DNA of 64,000 nucleotides, from the NCBI GenBank assembly GCA_964016885.1, contig OZ024741.1, forward strand, positions 67,642,001 to 67,706,000, in the 5' to 3' direction. Below the pieces are notes generated by a model. The model saw only the letters and a list, made by a program, of their open reading frames with translations. It was not told the DNA's origin and searched no databases. This stretch comes from Eledone cirrhosa (taxonomy: Eukaryota). Position numbers and translations under genes: made by a program. Below are positions 15,001 through 30,000 of this stretch, piece after piece (position 1 is the stretch's first letter; each line of letters opens with the position of its first letter).

Positions 15001-18000
15001 CTCACAGCCTTCTCATCCATTCCTTCTCTCTTTGATCATCTCACAGTCTTCTCATCCATCTCCTTCTCTCTTTGGTCATCTCACAGTCTTCTCATCCATT
15101 CCTTCTCTCTTTGGTCATCTCACTGTCTTCTCATCCATTTCCTTCTTACTTTGGTCATCTCACAGTCTTCTCATCCATCTCCTTCTCTCCTTGGTCATCT
15201 CACAGTCTTCTCATCCAACTCCTTCTCTCTTTGGTCATCTCACAGTCTTCACATCCATCTCCTTCTCTCTTTGCTCACCTCACAGTCTTCACATCCATCT
15301 CCTTCTCTCTTTGGTAATCTCACAGTCTTCTCATCCATCTCCTTCTTTCTTTGGTCATCTCACAGTCTTCACATCCATCTCCTTCTCTCTTTGGTCATCT
15401 CACAGTCTTCTCATCCCTCCCCTTCTCTCTTTGGTCATCTCACAGTCTTCTCATCCATATCCTTCTCTCTTTGGTCATCTCACAGTCTTCACATCATTTC
15501 CCCCTCTCTCTTTGATCATCTCACAATCTTCTCATCCATCTCCTTCTCTCTTTGGTCATCTCACAGTCTTCTCACCCATATCCTTCTCTCTTTGGTCATC
15601 TCACAGTCTTCACATCCTTCTCCTTCTCTCTTTGTTCATCTCACAGTCTTCTTATACACCTCCTACTCTCTCTGGTCATCTCACAGTCTTCTCATCCCTC
15701 CCCTTCTCTCTTTGGTCATCTCACAGTCTTCTCATCCATATCCTTCTCTCTTTGGTCATCTCACAGTCTTCACATCATTTCCCCCTCTCTCTTTGATCAT
15801 CTCACAATCTTCTCATCCATTTCCTTCTCACTTTGGTCATCTCACAGTGTTCTCATCCATCTCCTTCTCTCTTTGGTCATCTCACAATCTTCACATCCAT
15901 CGCCTTCTCTCTTTGGTCATCTCACAATTTTCACATCCATCTCCTTCTCTCTTTGGTCATCTCACAGTCTTCTCATCCATCGCCTTCTCTCTTTGGTCAT
16001 CTCACAATCTTCACATCCATCTCCTTCTCTCTTTGGTCATCTCACAGTGTTCACATCCATCTCCTTCTCTCTTTGTTCATCTCACAGTCTTCTCATCCAT
16101 TCCTTCTCTCTTTGGGCATCTCACAGCCTTCTCATCCATTCCTTCTCTCTTTGATCATCTCACAGTCTTCTCATCCATCTCCTTCTCTCTTTGGTCATCT
16201 CACAGTCTTCTCATCCATTCCTTCTCTCTTTGGTCATCTCACAGTCTTTTCATCCATTCCTTCTCTCTTTGGTCATCTCAAAGTCTTCTCATCCATCTCC
16301 TTCTCTCTTTGGTCATCTCACAATCTTCACATCCATCTCCTTCTCTCTTTGGTCATCTCACAGTCTTCTCATCCAACTAGTTCTCTCTTTGGTCATCTCA
16401 CAGTCTTCTCATCCATTTCCTTCTCACTTTGGTCATCTCACAGTCTTCTCATCCATTCCTTCTCTCTTTGGTCATCTCACTGTCTTCTCATCCATTTCCT
16501 TCTTACTTTGGTCATCTCACAGTCTTCTCATCCATCTCCTTCTCTCCTTGGTCATCTCACAGTCTTCTCATCCAACTCCTTCTCTCTTTGGTCATCTCAC
16601 AGTCTTCACATCCATCTCCTTCTCTCTTTGCTCACCTCACAGTCTTCACATCCATCTCCTTCTCTCCTTGGTAATCTCACAGTCTTCTCATCCATCTCCT
16701 TCTTGCTTTGGTCATCTCACAGTCTTCACATCCATCTCCTTCTCTCTTTGGTCATCTCACAGTCTTCTCATCCCTCCCCTTCTCTCTTTGGTCATCTCAC
16801 AGTCTTCTCATCCATATCCTTCTCTCTTTGGTCATCTCACAGTCTTCACATCATTTTCCCTTCTCTCTTTGATCATCTCACAATCTTCTCATCCATCTCC
16901 TTCTCTCTTTGGTCATCTCACAGTCTTCTCACCCATATCCTTCTCTCTTTGGTCATCTCACAGTCTTCACATCCTTCTCCTTCTCTCTTTGTTCATCTCA
17001 CAGTCTTCTCATACACCTCCTACTCTCTCTGGTCATCTCACAGTCTTCACATCCTTTCCCCTTCTCTCGTTGGTCATCTCACAGTGTTCTCATCCATCTC
17101 CTTCTCTCTTTGGTCATCTCACAATCTTCACATCCATCTCCTTCTCTCTTTGGTCATCTCACAGTGTTCACATCCATTCCTTCTCCCTTTGGTCATCTCA
17201 CAGTCTTCTCATCCATCTCCTTCTCTCTTTGGTCATCTCACAGTCTTCTCATCCCTCCCCTTCTCTCTTTGGTCATCTCAGTCTTCTCATCCATCTCCTT
17301 CTCTCTTTGATCATCTCACAGTCTTCTCATCCATCGCCTTCTCTCTTTGGTCATCTCACAATCTTCACATCCATCTCCTTCTCTCTTTGGTCATCTCACA
17401 GTCTTCTCATCCATCGCCTTCTCTCTTTGGTCATCTCACAATCTTCACATCCATCTCCTTCTCTCTTTGGTCATCTCACAGTCTTCTCATCCATTCCTTC
17501 TCTCTTTGGGCATCTCACAGCCTTCTCATCCATTCCTTCTCTCTTTGATCATCTCAAAGTCTTCTCATCCATCTCCTTCTCTCTTTGGTCATCTCACAAT
17601 CTTCACACCCATCTCCTTCTCTCTTTGGTCATCTCACAGTCTTCTCATCCAACTAGTTCTCTCTTTGGTCATCTCACAGTCTTCTCATCCATTTCCTTCT
17701 CACTTTGGTCATCTCACAGTCTTCTCATCCATTCCTTCTCTCTTTGGTCATCTCACTGTCTTCTCATCCATTTCCTTCTTACTTTGGTCATCTCACAGTC
17801 TTCTCATCCATCTCCTTCTCTCCTTGGTCATCTCACAGTCTTCTCATCCAACTCCTTCTCTCTTTGGTCATCTCACAGTCTTCACATCCATTTCCTTCTT
17901 TCTTTGGTCATCTCACAGTCTTCACATCCATCTCCTTCTCTCTTTGGTCATCTCACAGTCTTCTCATCCATCGCCTTCTCTCTTTGGTCATCTCACAATC

Positions 18001-21000
18001 TTCACATCCATCTCCATCTCTTTTTGGTCATCTCACAGTGTTCACATCCATCTCCTTCTCTCTTTGGTCATCTCACAGTCTTCTCATCCATTCCTTCTCT
18101 CTTTGATCATCTCACAGTCTTCTCATCCATCTCCTTCTCTCTTTGGTCATCTCACAGTCTTCTCATCCATTCCTTCTCTCTTTGGTCATCTCACAGTCTT
18201 CTCATCCATTCCTTCTCTCTTTGGTCATCTCAAAGTCTTCTCATCCATCTCCTTTTCTCTTTGGTCATCTCACAATCTTCACATCCATCTCCTTCTCTCT
18301 TTGGTCATCTCACAGTCTTCTCATCCAACTAGTTCTCTCCTTGGTCATCTCACAGTCTTCTCATCCATCTCCTTCTCTCTTTGGTCATCTCACAGTCTTC
18401 TCATCCATCTCCTTCTCTCTTTGGTCATCTCACAGTCTTCTCATCCATTCCTTCTCTCTTTGGTCATCTCACAGTCTTCTCATCCATTTCTTTCTCACTT
18501 TGGTCATCTCACAGTCTTCTCATCCATCTCTTTCTCTCTTTGGTCATCTCACAGTCTTCTCATCCATTCCTTCTCTCTTTGGTCATCTCACAGTCTTCTC
18601 ATCCATCTCATTCTCTCTTTGGTCATCTCACAGTCTTCACATCCATCTCCTTCTCTCTTTGGTCATCTCACAGTCTTCACATCCATCTCCTTCTCTCTTT
18701 TGTCATCTCACAGTTTTCTCATCCATTTCCTTCTCTCTTTGGTCATCTGACAGTCTTCTCATCTATCTCCTTCTCTCTTTGGTCATCTCACAGTCTTCTC
18801 ATCCATCTCCTTCTCTCTTTGATCATCTCACAGTCTTCTCATCCATCTCCTACTCTCTTTGGTCATCTCACAGTCTTCTCAATTATCTCCTTCTCTCTTT
18901 GGTCATCTGACAGTCTTCTCATCCCTCCCCTTCTCTCTTTGGTCATCTCACAGTCTTCTCATCCATTTCCTTCTCACTTTGGTCATCTCACAGTCTTCTC
19001 ATCCATTCCTTCTCTCTTTGGTCATCTCACTGTCTTCTCATCCATTTCCTTCTTACTTTGGTCATCTCACAGTCTTCTCATCCATCTCCTTCTCTCCTTG
19101 GTCATCTCACAGTCTTCTCATCCAACTCCTTCTCTCTTTGGTCATCTCACAGTCTTCACATCCATCTCCTTCTCTCTTTGCTCACCTCACAGTCTTCACA
19201 TCCATCTCCTTCTCTCTTTGGTCATCTCACAGTCTTCTCATCCCTCCCCTTCTCTCTTTGGTCATCTCACAGTCTTCTCATCCATATCCTTCTCTCTTTG
19301 GTCATCTCACAGTCTTCACATCATTTCCCCTTCTCTCTTTGATCATCTCACAATCTTCTCATCCATCTCCTTCTCTCTTTGGTCATCTCACAGTCTTCTC
19401 ACCCATATCCTTCTCTCTTTGGTCATCTCACAGTCTTCACATCCTTCTCCTTCTCTCTTTGTTCATCTCACAGTCTTCTCATACACCTCCTACTCTCTCT
19501 GGTCATCTCACAGTCTTCACATCCTTTCCCCTTCTCTCGTTGGTCATCTCACAGTGTTCTCATCCATCTCCTTCTCTCTTTGGTCATCTCACAATCTTCA
19601 CATCCATCTCCTTCTCTCTTTGGTCATCTCACAGTGTTCACATCCATTCCTTCTCTCTTTGGTCATCTCACAGTGTTCTCATCCATCTCCTTCTCTCTTT
19701 GGTCATCTCACAGTCTTCTCATCCCTCCCCTTCTCTCTTTGGTCATCTCAGTCTTCTCATCCATCTCCTTCTCTCTTTGATCATCTCACAGTCTTCTCAT
19801 CCATCGCCTTCTCTCTTTGGTCATCTCACAATCTTCACATACATCTCCTTCTCTCTTTGGTCATCTCACAGTCTTCTCATCCATCGCCTTCTCTCTTTGG
19901 TCATCTCACAGTCTTCTCATCCATTCCTTCTCTCTTTGGTCATCTCACAGCCTTCTCATCCATTCCTTCTCTCTTTGATCATCTCACAGTCTTCTCATCC
20001 ATCTCCTTCTCTCTTTGGTCATCTCACAGTCTTCTCATCCATTCCTTCTCTCTTTGGTCATCTCACAGTCTTCTCATCCATTCCTTCTCTCTTTGGTCAC
20101 CTCAAAGTCTTCTCATCCAACTAGTTCTCTCTTTGGTCATCTCACAGTCTTCTCATCCATCTCCTTCTCTCTTTGGTCATCTCACAGTCTTCTCATCCAT
20201 CTCCTTCTCTCTTTGGTCATCTCACAGTCTTCTCATCCATATCCTTCTCTCTTTGGTCATCTCACAGTCTTCTCATCCATTCCTTCTCTCTTTGGTCATC
20301 TCACAGTCTTCTCATCCATTTCCTTCTCACTTTGGTCATCTCACAGTCTTCTCATCCATCTCTTTCTCTCTTTGGTCATCTCACAGTCTTCTCATCCATT
20401 CCTTCTCTCTTTGGTCATCTCACGGTCTTCTCATCCATCTCATTCTCTCTTTGGTCATCTCACAGTCTTCACATCCATCTCCTTCTCTCTTTGGTCATCT
20501 CACAGTCTTCACATCCATCTCCTTCTCTCTTTGGTCATCTCACAGTCTTCACATCCTTTCCCCTTCTCTCTTTGGTCATCTCACAGTTTTCTCATCCATA
20601 TCCTTCTCTCTTTGGTCATCTCACAGTTTTCTCATCCGTATCCTTCTCTCTTTGGTCATCTCACAGTCTTCACATCCATCTCCTTCACTCTTTTGTCATC
20701 TCACAGTTTTCTCATCCATTTCCTTCTCTCTTTGGTCATCTCACAGTCTTCTCATCTATCTCCTTCTCTCTTTGGTCATCTCACAGTCTTCTCATCCATT
20801 TCCTTCTCACTTTGGTCATCTCACAGTCTTCTCATCCATTCCTTCTCTCTTTGGTCATCTCACTGTCTTCTCATCCATTTCCTTCTTACTTTGGTCATCT
20901 CACAGTCTTCTCATCCATCTCCTTCTCTCCTTGGTCATCTCACAGTCTTCTCATCCAACTCCTTCTCTCTTTGGTCATCTCACAGTCTTCACATCCATCT

Positions 21001-24000
21001 CCTTCTCTCTTTGCTCACCTCACAGTCTTCACATCCATCTCCTTCTCTCTTTGGTCATCTCACAGTCTTCTCATCCCTCCCCTTCTCTCTTTGGTCATCT
21101 CACAGTCTTCTCATCCATATCCTTCTCTCTTTGGTCATCTCACAGTCTTCACATCATTTCCCCTTCTCTCTTTGATCATCTCACAATCTTCTCATCCATC
21201 TCCTTCTCTCTTTGGTCATCTCACAGTCTTCTCACCCATATCCTTCTTTCTTTGGTCATCTCACAGTCTTCACATCCTTCTCCTTCTCTCTTTGTTCATC
21301 TCACAGTCTTCTCATACACCTCCTACTCTCTCTGGTCATCTCACAGTCTTCACATCCTTTCCCCTTCTCTCGTTGGTCATCTCACAGTGTTCTCATCCAT
21401 CTCCTTCTCTCTTTGGTCATCTCACAATCTTCACATCCATCTCCTTCTCTCTTTGGTCATCTCACAGTGTTCACATCCATTCCTTCTCTCTTTGGTCATC
21501 TCACAGTGTTCTCATCCATCTCCTTCTCTCTTTGGTCATCTCACAGTCTTCTCATCCCTCCCCTTCTCTCTTTGGTCATCTCAGTCTTCTCATCCATCTC
21601 CTTCTCTCTTTGATCATCTCACAGTCTTCTCATCCATCGCCTTCTCTCTTTGGTCATCTCACAATCTTCACATACATCTCCTTCTCTCTTTGGTCATCTC
21701 ACAGTCTTCTCATCCATCGCCTTCTCTCTTTGGTCATCTCACAGTCTTCTCATCCATTCCTTCTCTCTTTGGTCATCTCACAGCCTTCTCATCCATTCCT
21801 TCTCTCTTTGATCATCTCACAGTCTTCTCATCCATCTCCTTCTCTCTTTGGTCATCTCACAGTCTTCTCATCCATTCCTTCTCTCTTTGGTCATCTCACA
21901 GTCTTCTCATCCATTCCTTCTCTCTTTGGTCACCTCAAAGTCTTCTCATCCAACTAGTTCTCTCTTTGGTCATCTCACAGTCTTCTCATCCATCTCCTTC
22001 TCTCTTTGGTCATCTCACAGTCTTCTCATCCATCTCCTTCTCTCTTTGGTCATCTCACAGTCTTCTCATCCATATCCTTCTCTCTTTGGTCATCTCACAG
22101 TCTTCTCATCCATTCCTTCTCTCTTTGGTCATCTCACAGTCTTCTCATCCATTTCCTTCTCACTTTGGTCATCTCACAGTCTTCTCATCCATCTCTTTCT
22201 CTCTTTGGTCATCTCACAGTCTTCTCATCCATTCCTTCTCTCTTTGGTCATCTCACGGTCTTCTCATCCATCTCATTCTCTCTTTGGTCATCTCACAGTC
22301 TTCACATCCATCTCCTTCTCTCTTTGGTCATCTCACAGTCTTCACATCCATCTCCTTCTCTCTTTGGTCATCTCACAGTCTTCACATCCTTTCCCCTTCT
22401 CTCTTTGGTCATCTCACAGTTTTCTCATCCATATCCTTCTCTCTTTGGTCATCTCACAGTTTTCTCATCCGTATCCTTCTCTCTTTGGTCATCTCACAGT
22501 CTTCACATCCATCTCCTTCACTCTTTTGTCATCTCACAGTTTTCTCATCCATTTCCTTCTCTCTTTGGTCATCTCACAGTCTTCTCATCTATCTCCTTCT
22601 CTCTTTGGTCATCTCACAGTCTTCTCATCCATCTCCTTCTCTCTTTGGTCATCTCACAGTCTTCTCATCCATCTCCTTCTCTCTTTGGTCATCTCACAGT
22701 CTTTTCAACTATCTCCTTCTCTCTTTGGTCATCTGACAGTCTTCTCATCCCTCCCCTTCTCTCTTTGGTCATCTCACAGTCTTCTCATCCATTTCCTTCT
22801 CACTTTGGTCATCTCACAGTCTTCTCATCCATTCCTTCTCTCTTTGGTCATCTCACTGTCTTCTCATCCATTTCCTTCTTACTTTGGTCATCTCACAGTC
22901 TTCTCATCCATCTCGTTCTCTCCTTGGTCATCTCACAGTCTTCTCATCCAACTCCTTCTCTCTTTGGTCATCTCACAGTCTTCACATCATTTCCCCTTCT
23001 CTCTTTGATCATCTCACAATCTTCTCATCCATCTCCTTCTCTCTTTGGTCATCTCACAGTCTTCTCACCCATATCCTTCTCTCTTTGGTCATCGCACAGT
23101 CTTCACATCCTTCTCCTTCTCTCTTTGTTCATCTCACAGTCTTCTCATACACCTCCTACTCTCTCTGGTCATCTCACAGTCTTCACATCCTTTCCCCTTT
23201 TCTCGTTGGTCATCTCACAGTCTTCTCACCCATATCCTTCTCTCTTTGGTCATCTCACAGTCTTCACATCCTTCTCCTTCTCTCTTTGTTCATCTCACAG
23301 TCTTCTCATACACCTCCTACTCTCTCTGGTCATCTCACAGTCTTCACATCCATCTCCTTCTCTCTTTGGTCATCTCACAGTGTTCACATCCATTCCTTCT
23401 CTCTTTGGTCATCTCACAGTGTTCTCATCCCTCCCCTTCTCTCTTTGGTCATCTCAGTCTTCTCATCCATCTCCTTCTCTCTTTGATCATCTCACAGTCT
23501 TCTCATCCATCGCCTTCTCTCTTTGGTCATCTCACAATCTTCACATCCATCTCCTTCTCTCTTTGGTCATCTCACAGTCTTCTCATCCATTCCTTCTCTC
23601 TTTGGTCATCTCACAGCCTTCTCATCCATTCCTTCTCTCTTTGATCATCTCACAGTCTTCTCATCCATCTCCTTCTCTCTTTGGTCGTCTCACAGTCTTC
23701 TCATCCATTCCTTCTCTCTTTGGTCATCTCACAGTCTTCTCATCCATTCCTTCTCTCTTTGGTCATCTCAAAGTCTTCTCATCCATCTCCTTCTCTCTTT
23801 GGTCATCTCACAATCTTCACATCCATCTCCTTCTCTCTTTGGTCATCTCACAGTGTTCACATCCATCTCCTTCTCTCTTTGGTCATCTCACAGTCTTCTC
23901 ATACATCTCCTTCTCTCTTCTGGTCATCTCACAGTCGTCTCATCCATCCCCTTCTCTCTTTGGTCATCCACAATCTCCACATCCATCTCCTTCTCTCTTT

Positions 24001-27000
24001 GGTCATCTCACAGTCTTCTCATCCATCTCCTTCTCTCCTTGGTCATCTCACAGTCTTCTCATCCATCTCCTTCTCTCTTTGGTCATCTCACAGTCTTCTC
24101 ATTCATCTCCTTCTCTCTTTGGTCATCTCACAGTCTTCTCATCCATTTCCTTCTATCTTTGGTCATCTCACAGTCTTCACATCCATCTCCTTCTCTCTTT
24201 GGTGATCTCACAGTATTCACATCCCTCTCCTTCTCTCTTTGGTCATCTCACAGTCTTCTCATCCATTCCTTCTCTCTTTGGTCATCTCACAGTCTTAAAA
24301 TCCATCTCCTTCTCACTTTGGTCATCTCACAGTCTTAAAATCTATCTCCTTCTCTCTTTGGTCATCTCACAGTCTTCTCATCCCTCCCCTTCTCTCTTTG
24401 CTCATCTCACAGTCTTCACATCCATCTCCTTCGCTCTTTTGTCATCTCACAGTCTTCTCATCTATCTCCTTCTCTCTTTGGTCATCTCACAGTCTTCTCA
24501 TCCCTCCCCTTCTCTCTTTGGTCATCTCACAGTCTTCACATCCATCTCCTTCTCTCTTCGGTCATCTCACAGTCTACACATCCTTCTCCTTCTCTCTTTG
24601 GTCATCTCACAGTCTTCACATACATCTCCTTCTCTCTTTGGTCATCTCACAGTCTTCTCATCCATCTCTTTGTCCCTTTGGTCATCTCACAGTTTTTTCA
24701 TACACCTCCTACTCTCTCTGGTCATCTCACAGTCTTCACATCCTTTCCCCTTCTCTCGTTGGTCATCTCACAGTGTTCTCATCCATCTCCTTCTCTCTTT
24801 GGTCATCTCACAATCTTCACATCCATCTCCTTCTCTCTTTGGTCATCTCACAGTGTTCTCATCCATCTCCTTCTCTCTTTGGTCATCTCACAGTCTTCTC
24901 ATCTATCTCCTTCTCTCTTTGGTCATCTCACAGTCTTCACATCCATCTCCTTCTCTCTTTGGTCATCTCACAGTCTACACATCCTTCTCCTTCTCTCTTT
25001 GGTCATCTCACAGTCTTCTCATCCATATCCTTCTCTCTTTGGTCATCTCACAGTCTTCTCATCCATTCCTTCTCTCTTTGGTCATCTCACAGTCTTCTCA
25101 TCCATTTCCTTCTCACTTTGGTCATCTCACAGTCTTCTCATCCATCTCTTTCTCTCTTTGGTCATCTCACAGTCTTCTCATCCATTCCTTCTCTCTTTGG
25201 TCATCTCACGGTCTTCTCATCCATCTCATTCTCTCTTTGGTCATCTCACAGTCTTCACATCCATCTCCTTCTCTCTTTGGTCATCTCACAGTCTTCACAT
25301 CCATCTCCTTCTCTCTTTGGTCATCTCACAGTCTTCACATCCTTTCCCCTTCTCTCTTTGGTCATCTCACAGTTTTCTCATCCATATCCTTCTCTCTTTG
25401 GTCATCTCACAGTTTTCTCATCCGTATCCTTCTCTCTTTGGTCATCTCACAGTCTTCACATCCATCTCCTTCACTCTTTTGTCATCTCACAGTTTTCTCA
25501 TCCATTTCCTTCTCTCTTTGGTCATCTCACAGTCTTCTCATCTATCTCCTTCTCTCTTTGGTCATCTCACAGTCTTCTCATCCATCTCCTTCTCTCTTTG
25601 GTCATCTCACAGTCTTCTCATCCATCTCCTTCTCTCTTTGGTCATCTCACAGTCTTTTCAACTATCTCCTTCTCTCTTTGGTCATCTGACAGTCTTCTCA
25701 TCCCTCCCCTTCTCTCTTTGGTCATCTCACAGTCTTCTCATCCATTTCCTTCTCACTTTGGTCATCTCACAGTCTTCTCATCCATTCCTTCTCTCTTTGG
25801 TCATCTCACTGTCTTCTCATCCATTTCCTTCTTACTTTGGTCATCTCACAGTCTTCTCATCCATCTCGTTCTCTCCTTGGTCATCTCACAGTCTTCTCAT
25901 CCAACTCCTTCTCTCTTTGGTCATCTCACAGTCTTCACATCATTTCCCCTTCTCTCTTTGATCATCTCACAATCTTCTCATCCATCTCCTTCTCTCTTTG
26001 GTCATCTCACAGTCTTCTCACCCATATCCTTCTCTCTTTGGTCATCGCACAGTCTTCACATCCTTCTCCTTCTCTCTTTGTTCATCTCACAGTCTTCTCA
26101 TACACCTCCTACTCTCTCTGGTCATCTCACAGTCTTCACATCCTTTCCCCTTTTCTCGTTGGTCATCTCACAGTCTTCTCACCCATATCCTTCTCTCTTT
26201 GGTCATCTCACAGTCTTCACATCCTTCTCCTTCTCTCTTTGTTCATCTCACAGTCTTCTCATACACCTCCTACTCTCTCTGGTCATCTCACAGTCTTCAC
26301 ATCCATCTCCTTCTCTCTTTGGTCATCTCACAGTGTTCACATCCATTCCTTCTCTCTTTGGTCATCTCACAGTGTTCTCATCCCTCCCCTTCTCTCTTTG
26401 GTCATCTCAGTCTTCTCATCCATCTCCTTCTCTCTTTGATCATCTCACAGTCTTCTCATCCATCGCCTTCTCTCTTTGGTCATCTCACAATCTTCACATC
26501 CATCTCCTTCTCTCTTTGGTCATCTCACAGTCTTCTCATCCATTCCTTCTCTCTTTGGTCATCTCACAGCCTTCTCATCCATTCCTTCTCTCTTTGATCA
26601 TCTCACAGTCTTCTCATCCATCTCCTTCTCTCTTTGGTCGTCTCACAGTCTTCTCATCCATTCCTTCTCTCTTTGGTCATCTCACAGTCTTCTCATCCAT
26701 TCCTTCTCTCTTTGGTCATCTCAAAGTCTTCTCATCCATCTCCTTCTCTCTTTGGTCATCTCACAATCTTCACATCCATCTCCTTCTCTCTTTGGTCATC
26801 TCACAGTGTTCACATCCATCTCCTTCTCTCTTTGGTCATCTCACAGTCTTCTCATACATCTCCTTCTCTCTTCTGGTCATCTCACAGTCGTCTCATCCAT
26901 CCCCTTCTCTCTTTGGTCATCCACAATCTCCACATCCATCTCCTTCTCTCTTTGGTCATCTCACAGTCTTCTCATCCATCTCCTTCTCTCCTTGGTCATC

Positions 27001-30000
27001 TCACAGTCTTCTCATCCATCTCCTTCTCTCTTTGGTCATCTCACAGTCTTCTCATTCATCTCCTTCTCTCTTTGGTCATCTCACAGTCTTCTCATCCATT
27101 TCCTTCTATCTTTGGTCATCTCACAGTCTTCACATCCATCTCCTTCTCTCTTTGGTGATCTCACAGTATTCACATCCCTCTCCTTCTCTCTTTGGTCATC
27201 TCACAGTCTTCTCATCCATTCCTTCTCTCTTTGGTCATCTCACAGTCTTAAAATCCATCTCCTTCTCACTTTGGTCATCTCACAGTCTTAAAATCTATCT
27301 CCTTCTCTCTTTGGTCATCTCACAGTCTTCTCATCCCTCCCCTTCTCTCTTTGCTCATCTCACAGTCTTCACATCCATCTCCTTCGCTCTTTTGTCATCT
27401 CACAGTCTTCTCATCTATCTCCTTCTCTCTTTGGTCATCTCACAGTCTTCTCATCCCTCCCCTTCTCTCTTTGGTCATCTCACAGTCTTCACATCCATCT
27501 CCTTCTCTCTTCGGTCATCTCACAGTCTACACATCCTTCTCCTTCTCTCTTTGGTCATCTCACAGTCTTCACATACATCTCCTTCTCTCTTTGGTCATCT
27601 CACAGTCTTCTCATCCATCTCTTTGTCCCTTTGGTCATCTCACAGTTTTTTCATACACCTCCTACTCTCTCTGGTCATCTCACAGTCTTCACATCCTTTC
27701 CCCTTCTCTCGTTGGTCATCTCACAGTGTTCTCATCCATCTCCTTCTCTCTTTGGTCATCTCACAATCTTCACATCCATCTCCTTCTCTCTTTGGTCATC
27801 TCACAGTGTTCTCATCCATCTCCTTCTCTCTTTGGTCATCTCACAGTCTTCTCATCTATCTCCTTCTCTCTTTGGTCATCTCACAGTCTTCACATCCATC
27901 TCCTTCTCTCTTTGGTCATCTCACAGTCTACACATCCTTCTCCTTCTCTCTTTGGTCATCTCACAGTCTTCACATACATCTCCTTCTCTCTTTGGTCATC
28001 TCACAGTCTTCTCATCCATCTCCTTCTCTCTTTGGTCATCTCACAGTCTTCTCATCCATCCCCTTCTCTCTTTGGTCATCTCTACCATCTCCACATCCTT
28101 CTCCTTCTCTCTTTGGTCATCTCACAGTCTTCAAATCCATCTCCTTCTCTCTTTGGTCATCTCACAGTCTTCTCATCCCTCCCCCTCTCTCTTTGGTCAT
28201 CTCACAGTCTTCACACCCATCTCCTTCTCTCTTTGGTCATCTTACAGTGTTCACATCTATCTCCTTCTCTCTTTGGTCATCTCACAGTCTACACATCCAT
28301 CTCCTTCTCTCTTTGGTCATCTCACAGTCTTCAAATCCCTCCCCTTCTCTATTTGGTCATCTCACAGTCTTCACATCCATCTCCTTCTCTCTTTGGTCAT
28401 CTCACAGTCTTCACATCCATCTCCTTCTCTCTTTGGTCAACTCACAGTCTTCTCATCTATCTCCTTCTCTCTTTGGTCATCTCACAGTCTTCTCATCCCT
28501 CCCCTTCTCTCTTTGGTCACCTCACAGTCTTCTCATCCATCTCCTTCTCTCTTTGATCATCTCACAGTCTTCTCATCCATCGCCTTCTCTCTTTGGTCAT
28601 CTCACAATCTTCACATCCATCTCCTTCTCTCTTTGGTCATCTCACAGTCTTCTCATCCATTCCTTCTCTCTTTGGTCATCTCACAGCCTTCTCATCCATC
28701 TCCTTCTCTCTTTGATCATCTCACAGTCTTCTCATCCATCGCCTTCTCTCTTTGGTCATCTCACAATCTTCACATCCATCTCCTTCTCTCTTTGGTCGTC
28801 TCACAGTCTTCTCATCCATTCCTTCTCTCTTTGGTCATCTCACAGTCTTCTCATCCATTCCTTCTCTCTTTGGTCATCTCAAAGTCTTCTCATCCATCTC
28901 CTTCTCTCTTTGGTCATCTCACAATCTTCACATCCATCTCCTTCTCTCTTTGGTCATCTCACAGTGTTCACATCCATCTCCTTCTCTCTTTGGTCATCTC
29001 ACAGTCTTCTCATACATCTCCTTCTCTCTTCTGGTCATCTCACAGTCGTCTCATCCATCCCCTTCTCTCTTTGGTCATCCACAATCTCCACATCCATCTC
29101 CTTCTCTCTTTGGTCATCTCACAGTCTTCTCATTCATCTCCTTCTCTCTTTGGTCATCTCACAGTCTTCAAATCCATCTCCTTCTCTCTTTGGTCATCTC
29201 ACAGTCTTCTCATCCATCTCCTTCTCTCTTTGGTCATCTCACAGTCTTCTCATCCATCTCCTTCTCTCCTTGGTCATCTCACAGTCTTCTCATCCATTTC
29301 CTTCTATCTTTGGTCATCTCACAGTCTTCACATCCATCTCCTTCTCTCTTTGGTCATCTCACAGTATTCACATCCCTCTCCTTCTCTCTTTGGTCATCTC
29401 ACAGTCTTAAAATCCATCTCCTTCTCTCTTTGGTCATCTCACAGTCTTAAAATCCATCTCCTTCTCTCTTTGGTCATCTCACAGTCTTAAAATCCATCTC
29501 CTTCTCACTTTGGTCATCTCACAGTCTTAAAATCCATCTCCTTCTCTCTTTGGTCATCTCACAGTCTTAAAATCCATCTCCTTCTCTCTTTGGTCATCTC
29601 ACAGTCTTGTCATCCCTCCCCTTCTCTCTTTGCTCATCTCACAGTCTTCACATCCATCTCCTTCGCTCTTTTGTCATCTCACAGTCTTCTCATCTATCTC
29701 CTTCTCTCTTTGGTCATCTCACAGTCTTCTCATCCCTCCCCTTCTCTCTTTGGTCATCTCACAGTCTTCACATCCATCTCCTTCTCTCTTCGGTCATCTC
29801 ACAGTCTACACATCCTTCTCCTTCTCTCTTTGGTCATCTCACAGTCTTCACATACATCTCCTTCTGTCTTTGGTCATCTCACAGTCTTCTCATCCATCTC
29901 TTTCTCCCTTTGGTCATCTCACAGTTTTTTCATACACCTCCTACTCTCTCTGGTCATCTCACAGTCTTCACATCCTTTCCCCTTCTCTCGTTGGTCATCT

